Assembly: GCA_964589975.1 (NCBI GenBank)
Contig: CAZPVH010000002.1
Span: 4,217-68,216 of the forward strand
Length of the DNA stretch: 64,000 nucleotides
Direction: 5' to 3'
From: an uncultured Candidatus Saccharibacteria bacterium
GTDB taxonomy: Bacteria > Patescibacteriota > Minisyncoccia > Phycocordibacterales > CSBR16-119
Shown here one piece after another: positions 1 through 8,949 of this stretch; position 1 is the stretch's first letter, and each line of letters begins with the position of its first letter. A program made the position numbers and the translations under genes. Below the pieces are notes generated by a model. That model did no database searches, was not told the DNA's origin, and saw nothing but the letters and a program-made list of their open reading frames with translations.

Positions 1-615
1 CTGGAGACTATTCCTTTTAAAACAGTTTACCTTCATGGAACTGTTCGCGATGGTCAGGGCCGCAAGATGTCAAAGTCTCTTGGGAATGGCCTTGATCCGG
101 TAGAAGTTGCGGAGAAATTCGGCACAGACGCGGCCCGCATGGCGCTCATTGTCGGCACAGCTCCGGGAACTGATATGCGGATCGATGAAAACAAAATTAA
201 AGCTTATTCTAAATTCGCCAATAAGCTTTGGAACATAACTCGCTTTATCCTCCAGAGCGCAGACAGTCCAGACATGAATGCCACCCTATCTGAGGTAGAT
301 GAGAAACTATTAGCTGAGCAATCCGTTTTTCTAAAAGACTTGTCAGATGATATCGAGAATATGCGTCTGCACATTGCCAGCGAAAAAGCATACCACTATG
401 TGTGGCATGAGTTGGCTGACAAAATTCTGGAAGACAGCAAAACTATTCTGTCTGGCGAAGGAGCGGCCTCGAGAAAAAGAACACTTCATACCATCCTCCA
501 CAAGTCCCTAAAGATGCTTCATCCATTCATGCCGTTCGTAACCGAAGAGATCTGGCATCTCATCCACAATGAAAAACCTGACCGACCTCTTATAATAGAG
601 GCATGGCCGATATAA
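1..615 (+). CDS. valS: valyl-tRNA synthetase, C-terminal part (5' end lies outside the window)
   Basis: Reading frame is open from position 1. It contains HGTVRDGQGRKMSKSLGN (the class I KMSKS motif) and GTDAARMAL...NKLWNITRFIL, which matches the ValRS anticodon-binding region (E. coli GTDALRFTL...NKLWNASRFVL). Confidence 0.85.
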   Translation: METIPFKTVYLHGTVRDGQGRKMSKSLGNGLDPVEVAEKFGTDAARMALIVGTAPGTDMRIDENKIKAYSKFANKLWNITRFILQSADSPDMNATLSEVDEKLLAEQSVFLKDLSDDIENMRLHIASEKAYHYVWHELADKILEDSKTILSGEGAASRKRTLHTILHKSLKMLHPFMPFVTEEIWHLIHNEKPDRPLIIEAWPI

Positions 616-1283
616 GCTTTAAGGTAGCAGTTATTTCACTTGCGGGCGGACTTGTCCCTGCTTTTTTATGGCTATCATTTTGGTTAAAAGAGGACGAAAG
701 AAAGCCTGAGCCATGGGGGCTTCTTGTGCTCACATTCATTCTAGGCATGGTTTCTGTTTTTGCCGTGCTCCCCGTTGAAAATTTCATAGACAGCATGATA
801 GCCAACGAGCGCGTACTCACGATTCTTTGGGCCGCCGCAGAAGAGCTTATAAAATACGTTGCGGTTCTATTTATTGCTATCAAAAGTCGATATGCCGACG
901 AGCCAATCGACTTCGCAATATACATGATGACTGGCGCACTAGGATTTGCAGCTCTTGAAAATGCACTTTTCTTGATCGACCCTGTAACTTTTGGCGGCGC
1001 AACGGTCTCTCTCCTCACTGGAAACTTCAGATTCCTGGGCGCCATGCTTCTCCACACTGTTTGTTCAGGCCTTATCGGTATCGCACTGGGACTTTCCTTC
1101 TACAGAAACTGGAAAATGAAAAAATTATTCCTTTTTTTGGGGATTCTCGGCGCCGTTTCCTTGCACTCTATCTTTAATTTTCTTATAATTAACAGCGATA
1201 AAGGACTGTTCGGCGTTTTCAGCCTTTTGTGGGGAGTAACTATCATTGTCTTGCTTCTCTTTGAACAGCTAAGAAGAATGTAA
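603..1283 (+). CDS. PrsW-family intramembrane protease-like membrane protein
   Basis: 226 aa with multiple predicted TM segments and an EExxK-like motif (AAAEELIKYVAV) typical of the PrsW family. Overlaps the valS stop by 13 nt. Confidence 0.55.
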   Translation: MADISFKVAVISLAGGLVPAFLWLSFWLKEDERKPEPWGLLVLTFILGMVSVFAVLPVENFIDSMIANERVLTILWAAAEELIKYVAVLFIAIKSRYADEPIDFAIYMMTGALGFAALENALFLIDPVTFGGATVSLLTGNFRFLGAMLLHTVCSGLIGIALGLSFYRNWKMKKLFLFLGILGAVSLHSIFNFLIINSDKGLFGVFSLLWGVTIIVLLLFEQLRRM

Positions 1284-1284
1284 T

Positions 1285-1773
1285 ATGTTTAAAAAAAGAT
1301 CATTTTTTCAAAAATTAACCGGCGGCCTATCGCTACGAGACAGCGATTCAGAAGTTTGGGATGAAGAATCCGAATTACCCAAATTAAAAGCCGAAGCCGA
1401 ACCTATGGAAACAACAGAATGGAGCGAGACTGCCGAAGAAGAACTCTCCGAGCTCGCCGTCGACGTCTACCAGACAAATGATGAGATCATAGTGAAAGCG
1501 ATGGCCGCTGGCGTCAGGCCAGAAGACCTGGATATCGATATCTCTCGCGACATGGTGGTCATCACAGGCACCCGCAAAGAAGGCTCCCTCGCTGAGACTG
1601 GAGATTATATCCACCAGGAGCTCTTCTGGGGATCATTCACCCGAACCATCGTCCTCCCCGAAGAAATCGATCCAGAAACAGCTATCGCTACAGAAAAAAA
1701 TGGTCTTGTAATCGTGAGACTTCCAAAAATTGATAAAAAACGAAGAACGAAGATACGAGTGAAGTCGAGATAA
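1285..1773 (+). CDS. Hsp20/alpha-crystallin family small heat-shock protein
   Basis: 162 aa. An alpha-crystallin-domain-like core (DVYQTNDEIIVKAMAAGVRPEDLDIDISRDMVVITG...FTRTIVLPEEIDPETAIATEKNGLVIVRLPK) follows an acidic N-terminal region. ATG lies 1 nt after the prsW-like stop. Confidence 0.75.
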   Translation: MFKKRSFFQKLTGGLSLRDSDSEVWDEESELPKLKAEAEPMETTEWSETAEEELSELAVDVYQTNDEIIVKAMAAGVRPEDLDIDISRDMVVITGTRKEGSLAETGDYIHQELFWGSFTRTIVLPEEIDPETAIATEKNGLVIVRLPKIDKKRRTKIRVKSR

Positions 1774-1792
1774 AATCTAAATTTGATACAAA

Positions 1793-1817
1793 GAAGCCCC
1801 GACATCGTCGGGGCTTC
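1793..1817. terminator. GC hairpin GAAGCCCCGAC-ATCG-GTCGGGGCTTC between convergent genes (bidirectional terminator candidate)
   Basis: Perfect 11-bp inverted repeat. A T-rich tail follows on the minus strand, downstream of the minus-strand gene 1839..2333. Confidence 0.5.
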
Positions 1818-1838
1818 GAAGTTCTGGTGCGATGATGA

Positions 1839-2333
1839 TCAGGCATGAACATTTCGCGTGAGCTCTTGGAGCCAATCCTTCATTGGCGTGCGTCGATCTT
1901 CTTCGTGCAGGACATAGGCTTTGCAAACCTTCTCCAGATCTGCCTCGGTTACAGGCAGGCAATCGTTTTGGAAGAAGAACTCCATACCTCCGAGATATGC
2001 GAGCGCCATTTTCACTTTGTGCTCACCTTTGAATTCATGAAGGCGAATCCATCGCGCAGCTCCTTGATCTCCCATGAAGATAATGGGCATCTGGACATTG
2101 TCCATCCCGAATCCGCGGACTGTGTGCACGATTTGCAGAAGACGAAGCATCGGCTTCGTATTGTAGCAGCCGTAGGAATCGGTTCTTGCGTTTCCGGGCG
2201 CATTCGTCGCAATTTCCAACGAGTACTCGTTGTACTCTCGCACTTCGAACTTGTACTGTAGGTTGCAACAGAGGTGCAATAAGGCATTGAAGAATGGTAC
2301 CTCACGGCCATTCACCTGAATTTTCATCATCAT
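1839..2333 (-). CDS. hypothetical protein
   Basis: 164-aa ORF in a locally GC-richer segment. No family recognised by eye. The overlapping plus-strand ORFs are considered spurious. Confidence 0.4.
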   Translation of the reverse strand: MMMKIQVNGREVPFFNALLHLCCNLQYKFEVREYNEYSLEIATNAPGNARTDSYGCYNTKPMLRLLQIVHTVRGFGMDNVQMPIIFMGDQGAARWIRLHEFKGEHKVKMALAYLGGMEFFFQNDCLPVTEADLEKVCKAYVLHEEDRRTPMKDWLQELTRNVHA

Positions 2334-2437
2334 TTTTAATGTTCAGTTTGGTTGACTTGCATAGTAGCACAATATATAGATAAAGTCAATAAGCGGAAAT
2401 CCCCTGTTTTTAAAAGGTTTTGTGTTAAAATTTTGCC

Positions 2438-2707
2438 ATGGAAGAACGGGAGCTTCGAGAGATGAAAGCAAAGATTGATGAGACCCACAAAATGGTCTCA
2501 AAACTCTATAGATTCGAGAAGAATCGCCGCTTTTGGCGAGCCTTGAAATTGATCCTCATTGCTGTTATTATCGTGGGGGCATATTTTGCCATTTTGCCGA
2601 TATTTAAGAGAACGCTCGACACCTATAACAGCTTCTCTTCCGGTATAAGTAACATCCAAAATTTCAAACTTTTTGGCGATAATAGCGGAGAACAAGCCCC
2701 GGAATAA
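2438..2707 (+). CDS. small membrane protein, hypothetical
   Basis: 89 aa with one clear TM segment (LKLILIAVIIVGAYFAILPIF). A promoter-like TTGACT...TATATA lies upstream near 2358-2390. Confidence 0.45.
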   Translation: MEERELREMKAKIDETHKMVSKLYRFEKNRRFWRALKLILIAVIIVGAYFAILPIFKRTLDTYNSFSSGISNIQNFKLFGDNSGEQAPE

Positions 2708-2709
2708 TT

Positions 2710-2785
2710 GCTCAGGTAGCTCAGTTGGTAGAGCGCCCGCCTGAAGAGCGGTAGGTCACCAGTTCGAACCTGGTCCTGAGCACCA
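2710..2785 (+). tRNA. tRNA-Phe (anticodon GAA)
   Basis: GCTCAGGTAGCTCAGTTGGTAGAGC...CCTGAAGAG...GGTTCGAACCTGGTCCTGAGCACCA gives a cloverleaf with a CTGAAGA anticodon loop and an encoded CCA. Confidence 0.9.
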
Positions 2786-4188
2786 TGAAATATCTCATCA
2801 CAACACTGGCTGGAACAGTTCTCCTGGCCTTTTTCAGTTTTTTACTCCCCTCTTCGATTACAATATCTGCCCACGAATCCCAAAATGGATTCACTATCCA
2901 CATGAACGAAGACGGCTTTTCGCCGAAGCGACTCATCATAAAGCCCGGTAGCCGAGTAATTTTTGAAAACACTGGAAGCGCGGCAATCTGGCCGGCTTCG
3001 AATGATCATCCGAGCCACACCCTATACGACGGAACTTCCGCCGAAGAACATTGCGCCACCCCGGACTCTGATGCTTTTGACGCCTGCGGCGGTGTCTCGC
3101 CCGGTAAGTCCTGGAGCTTTATATTCGAGAAAACAGGAATTTATGGATTCCATGATCACTTCGACTCATATATGGGAGGTAAAATTATCGTGCGTACGTT
3201 TCCGTTAGAAAACTTTTTCCGAAATATATTTCACAAATCCACCCTTACATCCAAGGAGTCTGCAGAAATAAATAGCCAGAAAATAGAAAAGTATGAATAC
3301 GTAAAGACCAGGTACTCACGACTTGTACGAAAGGATGGGGCGGGAGTTGCTATTGATAAACTTACGACGGAGTCTGCTGCCGACCCAGAAATCGGTGCAA
3401 TATGCCACGACCTCCTGCATACAATCGGCAGGACTGCCTATGAAAAATACGGCGGCTTTGAGAAAAGTATCATTTATCACAAAGACTTTTGTAACTCTGG
3501 ATACATTCATGGTCTATTTGAGGTTTATTTCCTCGAGGAATCAGATCCCCTAGCAAACATTGGCACGCTTTGCCGAGACCGAAGCGTCCTACCCCGCGGT
3601 TTTGATGTTTGGCAATGCGAGCACGGCATTGGACACGGAATTATGTACTTCACCCAGGGAGACCTAGATGAATCCATCCGACTATGCCAAGACTCTCTTT
3701 CCGAGAGTGCCGCAGTAAACTGTATAAATGGAGCCTATATGGAGGTTTTCAATACCGAAGTACTGGCAAAAGAGCCGGAATTCGTCGACAAAGAGAATCC
3801 CCTAAAGACCTGTGAATTAAGAGACATTGGGAAAGCCGACTGCTTCATCTATGCGCCGGTATATTTTTATGGAACGCTCGGAATGGATTTTAATCAGATT
3901 ATAGAAAGGTGCACAGAACCAGGTGGAATATGGCGAGACAGTTGCATGCTTGGCGTCGGAAGCGAGATGATGAAACGGAATATGCATGACGAACAGAGTG
4001 TTTTTGAGACGTGCAGCTTTGCAAAGAAAGAAAAAGACGAATTGTCTTGCATAGCCGGTGCTGCAGCCATGAATATGAACCAGAAAGGATCTTTTGAGGC
4101 TGGAGCAGAGTTTTGTATAAGCGCGCCAGAGAAATTTAGAGAAGCCTGCTATAAATTGATTGAGGGCAAGAGGGGGATGTTTGAGTAA
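2785..4188 (+). CDS. secreted protein with an N-terminal cupredoxin-like domain and a Cys-rich C-terminal region
   Basis: Has a signal peptide. The N-terminal ~130 aa show a plastocyanin-like pattern (RLIIKPGSRVIFENTGSAAIWPASNDHP...C..GFHDHF..MGGKIIV). The remainder carries many Cys in repeated C..HG.GHG / C.NG motifs. Confidence 0.5.
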   Translation: MKYLITTLAGTVLLAFFSFLLPSSITISAHESQNGFTIHMNEDGFSPKRLIIKPGSRVIFENTGSAAIWPASNDHPSHTLYDGTSAEEHCATPDSDAFDACGGVSPGKSWSFIFEKTGIYGFHDHFDSYMGGKIIVRTFPLENFFRNIFHKSTLTSKESAEINSQKIEKYEYVKTRYSRLVRKDGAGVAIDKLTTESAADPEIGAICHDLLHTIGRTAYEKYGGFEKSIIYHKDFCNSGYIHGLFEVYFLEESDPLANIGTLCRDRSVLPRGFDVWQCEHGIGHGIMYFTQGDLDESIRLCQDSLSESAAVNCINGAYMEVFNTEVLAKEPEFVDKENPLKTCELRDIGKADCFIYAPVYFYGTLGMDFNQIIERCTEPGGIWRDSCMLGVGSEMMKRNMHDEQSVFETCSFAKKEKDELSCIAGAAAMNMNQKGSFEAGAEFCISAPEKFREACYKLIEGKRGMFE

Positions 4189-4245
4189 GGGTTTTGATGG
4201 TCTTTGTGATCACGAATATTTTTCCTGACGGAAAAATTTCTCAAT

Positions 4246-4314
4246 CCCGCCTCGCGGTTTTTGCCTTTCGTCCGCCAAGCGGACTCAAACAAAAACATCG
4301 CTGCGGCCGGCACC
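4246..4314 (-). repeat. tRNA-trailing repeat element, copy B (minus orientation)
   Basis: The reverse complement reads GTGCCGGCCGCAGCGATGTTTTTGTTTGAG...CGAAAGGCAAAAACCGCGAGGCGGG. This is near-identical to the element at 29591-29657. Confidence 0.7.
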
Positions 4315-4384
4315 AAGGCAGAAAGCCCCGAACTAACGGGGCCTATTCTACTGTGGTCACAGATAATTTTGCTACGTAAAATTT

Positions 4385-4434
4385 CCGCGACCCCGCCTCG
4401 CCGTCGCTGCGTGACATGGCTCCGGCCGGCACAG
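4385..4434 (-). repeat. tRNA-trailing repeat element, copy A (minus orientation, shorter middle)
   Basis: The reverse complement reads GTGCCGGCCGGAGCCATGTCACGCAGCGACGGCGAGGCGGGGTCGCGG. It shares both conserved blocks with the other copies. Confidence 0.7.
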
Positions 4435-4478
4435 AAGCACAAAAACATGGCGCAGGCCATGTTTTTTTGTGTCTACTG

Positions 4479-4550
4479 TGCCCTCACTCCGAATCGAACG
4501 GGGATCTATTCCTTAGGACGGAACTGTTCTATCCATTGAACTATGAGGGC
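4479..4550 (-). tRNA. tRNA-Arg (anticodon CCT), no encoded CCA
   Basis: The reverse complement GCCCTCATAGTTCAATGGATAGAAC A GTTCC GTCCTAA GGAAT...CCCCGTTCGATTCGGAGTGAGGGCA folds as a cloverleaf. The T-stem has one mismatch. Confidence 0.75.
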
Positions 4551-4596
4551 GTCCATAAAAAATACACGAAAATAACAGAAATTGCCATAGCCCGGG

Positions 4597-6117
4597 CTAT
4601 TTGTCCGCATGAGCGACGCTGAAGATAAAGAATTGTTTCTCGTGATAAACCTCCTGGAAACAAGCGCTTGAAATCAAGGCCGGAACAAGTTTTGGATAAA
4701 AAACCGCATCTATTAACAAATACTCAGTATCAAAGTACTGTAAACTCTGGCAAAGATCTTTTACTGAATCGGGCGTATAAGTTATTTTTCTATCGTTCTC
4801 CTGCCAAATATAATTTTTAAGTTTGTCATTTGAGCCTGGATCATACACATGCATAAATATAGGGTCTGAAAAATTCAGGAAATGCATTTTCTGGTTCCAG
4901 TAATAAACTTTATGCGCATCCCACTGGCCCGATGCTACCAAGAGATTCCCTTGCGCAGCATTCGCAAATAACCACGAGCTCGGCGCTTCCCAATCTTTGA
5001 TATTTGATAGACTAATTCCGTTTAGTCTAAATATAACGAACGTAATCCCTGTCCCTAAAAGCATTGGGACAAACAATCCCGCAAAAATTTTTGTAATCGG
5101 GAAAGAAATTGACTGATACCTAGATAAAACTAAGCCAATGAAGAAGGTAGCAAACAAAAACGCGAGATCAATTGATCGCTCAGCCATGCCAAAAGTAAGC
5201 GCAATAAATATAAGAGCAATAACCATCGCGCTCACCGCCATAACATTTTTATCTTTTTCGATAGCACTTCGATTATTTCGAAGGAAAATAACAACGCCTA
5301 TAATAAACATTATAAGCATCGGCAGAAGGTAAATTATATAAATGGAATCTATATCGAATGGCATAACCTCCCCGCCAAACGGCAGTACGACTCCATGCCA
5401 TTTAGCCAAAGTAACTTCCCCTATCTGTATCCATAGAAGCTTTAAACCATGGAGAGGCTGCGGACGCAGAAACACTCCTGCGAAAGCGCCAAATGTAATC
5501 GCAGCCCATCCGGCAAAGTACGGCCTCTGTTTGTAAATCAGATCAGCAATAAATACCGATCCGACGATCAATGGAACAACCCAAATAAGCGACAAGTGTA
5601 TCCAGGCTAGTAAAAACGAAACGAGCGCCAGCTTCCAGTGTTTAACGCGTTTACTTAGTAATACGAATAAAAGTAAGATAAGAAGCGTACTCAAGACAAA
5701 CGGTCGACCAGTCGTCATACGGCCAATTATGCCGACCCAAGAGAATACATATAAAAATATGTAAAAAATCGGGTTACGCAAACCGGAATGACGAAAGATA
5801 AGATAAATCCCAACCAGGAAAATTGAAAAGAAGGTTGCAGCAATAAGCGGAATACTAAATGAAGGATTTTCTATGAAGGAAAAAGGCAGGAGGAGCATCC
5901 TATGCCCATACCAAAGATCGGATGGATGATCGCGAAATGCGGACCACTCCAAGAAAGCATACGAGCTATCAAAAATCCCATGGGCGCGGTATTGTTCCGC
6001 TTCTCGAAAATGCAGATATGGATCCTGATCCATAGCCGTCGGAAGCACAAATGAAACAGCAAAAGAAAAAACCACTAGCGCGAGGATGTGCAACCAGGGT
6101 TTTTTCAATTTTTCCAT
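4597..6117 (-). CDS. polytopic membrane protein, possible GT-C-type (ArnT/PMT-like) glycosyltransferase
   Basis: 506 aa with more than 10 predicted TM helices in the N-terminal two-thirds and a soluble C-terminal domain. Family assignment is tentative. Confidence 0.4.
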   Translation of the reverse strand: MEKLKKPWLHILALVVFSFAVSFVLPTAMDQDPYLHFREAEQYRAHGIFDSSYAFLEWSAFRDHPSDLWYGHRMLLLPFSFIENPSFSIPLIAATFFSIFLVGIYLIFRHSGLRNPIFYIFLYVFSWVGIIGRMTTGRPFVLSTLLILLLFVLLSKRVKHWKLALVSFLLAWIHLSLIWVVPLIVGSVFIADLIYKQRPYFAGWAAITFGAFAGVFLRPQPLHGLKLLWIQIGEVTLAKWHGVVLPFGGEVMPFDIDSIYIIYLLPMLIMFIIGVVIFLRNNRSAIEKDKNVMAVSAMVIALIFIALTFGMAERSIDLAFLFATFFIGLVLSRYQSISFPITKIFAGLFVPMLLGTGITFVIFRLNGISLSNIKDWEAPSSWLFANAAQGNLLVASGQWDAHKVYYWNQKMHFLNFSDPIFMHVYDPGSNDKLKNYIWQENDRKITYTPDSVKDLCQSLQYFDTEYLLIDAVFYPKLVPALISSACFQEVYHEKQFFIFSVAHADK

Positions 6118-6130
6118 ATGTATCCTGGTT

Positions 6131-6364
6131 TTAGAGTCCGAGGAACTGTTTGATCTTGCCCTCGTTGAAGCCGATGACCATATCGTCGCCGATAAAGATG
6201 ACCGGCACGCCCATCTGACCGGACTTTTCTATCATCTCGGCGCGCATGGCTTCATCTGCCGCAACATTATGCTCGGTATAAGAAACATTGTTTGCTTTAA
6301 AAAACTCTTTGGCCATTTGGCAGAAGTGGCAGGTCGGCGTTGTATAGATTGAAACTGGTTTCAT
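6131..6364 (-). CDS. glutaredoxin-like protein (NrdH/Grx family)
   Basis: 77 aa with a CHFC redox motif near the N-terminus and a thioredoxin-fold length and pattern (VPVIFIGDDMVIGFN). Confidence 0.7.
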   Translation of the reverse strand: MKPVSIYTTPTCHFCQMAKEFFKANNVSYTEHNVAADEAMRAEMIEKSGQMGVPVIFIGDDMVIGFNEGKIKQFLGL

Positions 6365-6406
6365 TTGATTAAAATAAACTTATAAGTTATGTAAGTATAC
6401 CACTCT

Positions 6407-6799
6407 CTACCGCTTTTTAAAAAACCGAAGGAAGAAATCAAATATGCTTTCATTTTTGTCCATACTCTCAGTAGAATTTACCCCTTGGCCCTCTGGGACA
6501 ATGACAATTATATTCTCCCCTTCGCGAATAACATTGAATTTTTCACGAAGAGCCTTCTCCTCTCCAAATGGAGTATTGGCATACTCCAAATCTTTTGAAA
6601 GCTGCTCTTTCTGTTCCGATAGTTTTTGATATTCGGCCTGTGTCGCCGCAAGTCTTTTGTCTGCGGTGCGAGACTTACCATATGCGTCTATAGCGCCAAA
6701 TGAGAACAGGCCTCCGAGCAACAGGAGCACGATATACGTCAAAGGAGAATGAGCCAGTCTGGTGATGAATCTTTTTCTCTCAAGTTTTGGCATTTTCAA
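6407..6799 (-). CDS. FtsB/DivIC-like septum-formation-initiator family protein (tentative)
   Basis: 130 aa with an N-terminal TM segment followed by a coiled-coil (QAEYQKLSEQKEQLSKDLE). The architecture is typical of FtsB/DivIC. Confidence 0.4.
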   Translation of the reverse strand: MKMPKLERKRFITRLAHSPLTYIVLLLLGGLFSFGAIDAYGKSRTADKRLAATQAEYQKLSEQKEQLSKDLEYANTPFGEEKALREKFNVIREGENIIVIVPEGQGVNSTESMDKNESIFDFFLRFFKKR

Positions 6800-6990
6800 A
6801 TTATACCAAATGGTGTAAAATATCAGCCATGTTATTCAATCCAAAAAATAAGAAGATTTTCAAGCGTATTTGGGCCGTTTTAGCCTTCTTTGTCATCGTC
6901 TCGATGATTCTCCTCTACGCGCCAATATTCAGGTAATTATAAATAACAAAGCCCGTGCGCATAACGCACGGGCTTTTTGTTCTGGCGGGC

Positions 6991-8847
6991 TTACTGCTGC
7001 CTGCCTAGTTTCGTCGCAATGGAGTCGAGCACTTCATCGGGAACGTCTCCGTTCCGAATTGCGTTCCTTGTCGAGGCCCGCGAAGCGTCTTTCTGCCGAT
7101 CATCGAGTCTTGCTTCCGCCCTCTCGGTCACATCTTTCTGATTGTCCGAAACCGATAGGTCGATCGAAAGGTTGTCGAAGTGATTAACCGAGACCATTGA
7201 CGCCTTCGTATCAAGAAAACTGATCTTGAGGCTATCGCCTGGCAGACTGACCAGAACCTCACTGAACGTCTGTGGCACCACATAGATGTGTGGACGATCC
7301 TTGAAGTACAGATAATAGGTACTGCCAGAAGCTGTCATGCTTTGACTTATCCTATCAAGCCTTCCTGAGTAAACAGACTGAATCGTCGCTATGTCGGTAC
7401 CAAGAGAGCCAAGTGAGCCTGCCATGGTCTGGTATTGCATAAGCGCAACTGATGGCTCAGCATTCCATGTCATGTTTTTCGTCTGCACATCAACCAGGGC
7501 TAGCCCTCTGATAGAATGGTCAGCGGCAAGAATCGGCACGAGCGCCGTCATTCTGTTGCCAACATTTTCGTAGACAACAGCTGCCGCATGCAGGTTTTGG
7601 AAATTCACTGTTGCATCAACAGTAGCGATGACCTTTTCTTCTGTGGCACCTGAGACGCTAAACCTGCGCTGTTCGCCAGTACGTGAATTGGTGTAGACCA
7701 AATCCGTCATACTGTGATCGTTTGTCGATGTCGAGGTCATAGGCGTCACATACCAACACTGGCCGTCGCTTCCATAATTAAGAACAGTGGCCTCGGCTTC
7801 TCGAAGATTATTCCGTCCTCCGATTGCATTACTGCTGTTCCAATAGCCAGAGGAAAGTTGGCCCCAGTAATTCAAATTGTCCTGGATAACACCCTCGGGT
7901 ATGATTCGGTCAATCCAATCTGGGGCTTTGCCCTTTTCGTAGTAACTAATTGAGCCGGTTTCCGGTTCAACCACAGCTACTCCGTCGACAACAATACCGC
8001 TGTACATGCCAATCGTGTGATGGCATACGCTCACGACCCAATAGGGCTTCAGATCATCATCCACCTCGAAACAGTAATCCATGAGGATCTTGTTTGCATA
8101 CCCATGGGTATACAGATGCCGTTCAAGGTCGTTCGAAAAGCATGCACCAGGGGTATACAGCATGGAATATCCATCGATGTACTTTGGAGCCGAGTGCTGA
8201 TCTTCTGCGTTCATCAGAACATAGCCAGGGACGCCTTTGGAAGAGTTGCTCCAAACGCCCCAACTGGCATAGTCAAGCGGCATTACGTAGTACAACTCGT
8301 CGTTTACTTTCTGAAGAGTTGTATGTTCTCCATCCAATGGGAACTGACTTCCAACGATATTCCCCGCATCATCAGAGTGCTGATTCAGTGCGGTTTTACC
8401 GATAGAAATTGCATGCTCCTCAGGAACAATCCTGATGTGGGTTGGAGAAAGTTCTTCGTGATGCTGAGTCCAGTGATCGTGGCTTTTTCCACCAGCCAGA
8501 TCACCCGCAAGTGATGCATAGTCACCTGATCGACACGCCGCACAGCCTGACATCAGAGTAATGACGAGGACCAGGAAGCCTCCACCGAACGATAAACTGG
8601 GGAGTTTCGCAAATTCGTCTTCCACCACGGAAACAACAATAGTAGTCACCAAGAGGAAGAACAATGCGGTTCCAAATACCCAGCCATACAATGTGTAGTC
8701 AAGGCATGGCGGTTCGAAATAGAAGGCGAACCAGGACACGATCGTGTAGATCACGCCAAGGACACCAAATAATCCGAACCTGCCTTTGAACAATGCTGGA
8801 ACTGCCCCAATAACTGAGGCTATCAAAGCCATGAGAAGAAAAGTCAT
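6991..8847 (-). CDS. large membrane protein with a C-terminal extracytoplasmic domain, hypothetical
   Basis: 618 aa. The N-terminal ~120 aa hold several TM helices. The remainder is W/Y/N/G-rich and soluble. GC is locally elevated. Confidence 0.5.
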   Translation of the reverse strand: MTFLLMALIASVIGAVPALFKGRFGLFGVLGVIYTIVSWFAFYFEPPCLDYTLYGWVFGTALFFLLVTTIVVSVVEDEFAKLPSLSFGGGFLVLVITLMSGCAACRSGDYASLAGDLAGGKSHDHWTQHHEELSPTHIRIVPEEHAISIGKTALNQHSDDAGNIVGSQFPLDGEHTTLQKVNDELYYVMPLDYASWGVWSNSSKGVPGYVLMNAEDQHSAPKYIDGYSMLYTPGACFSNDLERHLYTHGYANKILMDYCFEVDDDLKPYWVVSVCHHTIGMYSGIVVDGVAVVEPETGSISYYEKGKAPDWIDRIIPEGVIQDNLNYWGQLSSGYWNSSNAIGGRNNLREAEATVLNYGSDGQCWYVTPMTSTSTNDHSMTDLVYTNSRTGEQRRFSVSGATEEKVIATVDATVNFQNLHAAAVVYENVGNRMTALVPILAADHSIRGLALVDVQTKNMTWNAEPSVALMQYQTMAGSLGSLGTDIATIQSVYSGRLDRISQSMTASGSTYYLYFKDRPHIYVVPQTFSEVLVSLPGDSLKISFLDTKASMVSVNHFDNLSIDLSVSDNQKDVTERAEARLDDRQKDASRASTRNAIRNGDVPDEVLDSIATKLGRQQ

Positions 8848-8949
8848 GTTTTCTTTTTAAGGTACAACCAGCTTTTTCCCGTAGCCGGCAACACGGACCA
8901 AACCTAGGTTTAGCGACAATATATTAGCATATTTATTAGGTTTTGTCAA

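Noticed and set aside
590-1057. 155-aa minus-strand ORF antisense to the end of valS and the PrsW-like gene
   Set aside because: Entirely antisense to two well-supported genes, with low-complexity composition. It is a typical shadow ORF.
4194-4539. Plus-strand ORFs 4194-4379, 4261-4539 and 4416-4622 with 'conserved' peptides (SRLAVFAFRPP...)
   Set aside because: They lie inside the tRNA-trailing repeat copies and the tRNA-Arg antisense. Their similarity to the 29451-29729 ORF comes from nucleotide-level repeat conservation in different frames, not from protein conservation.
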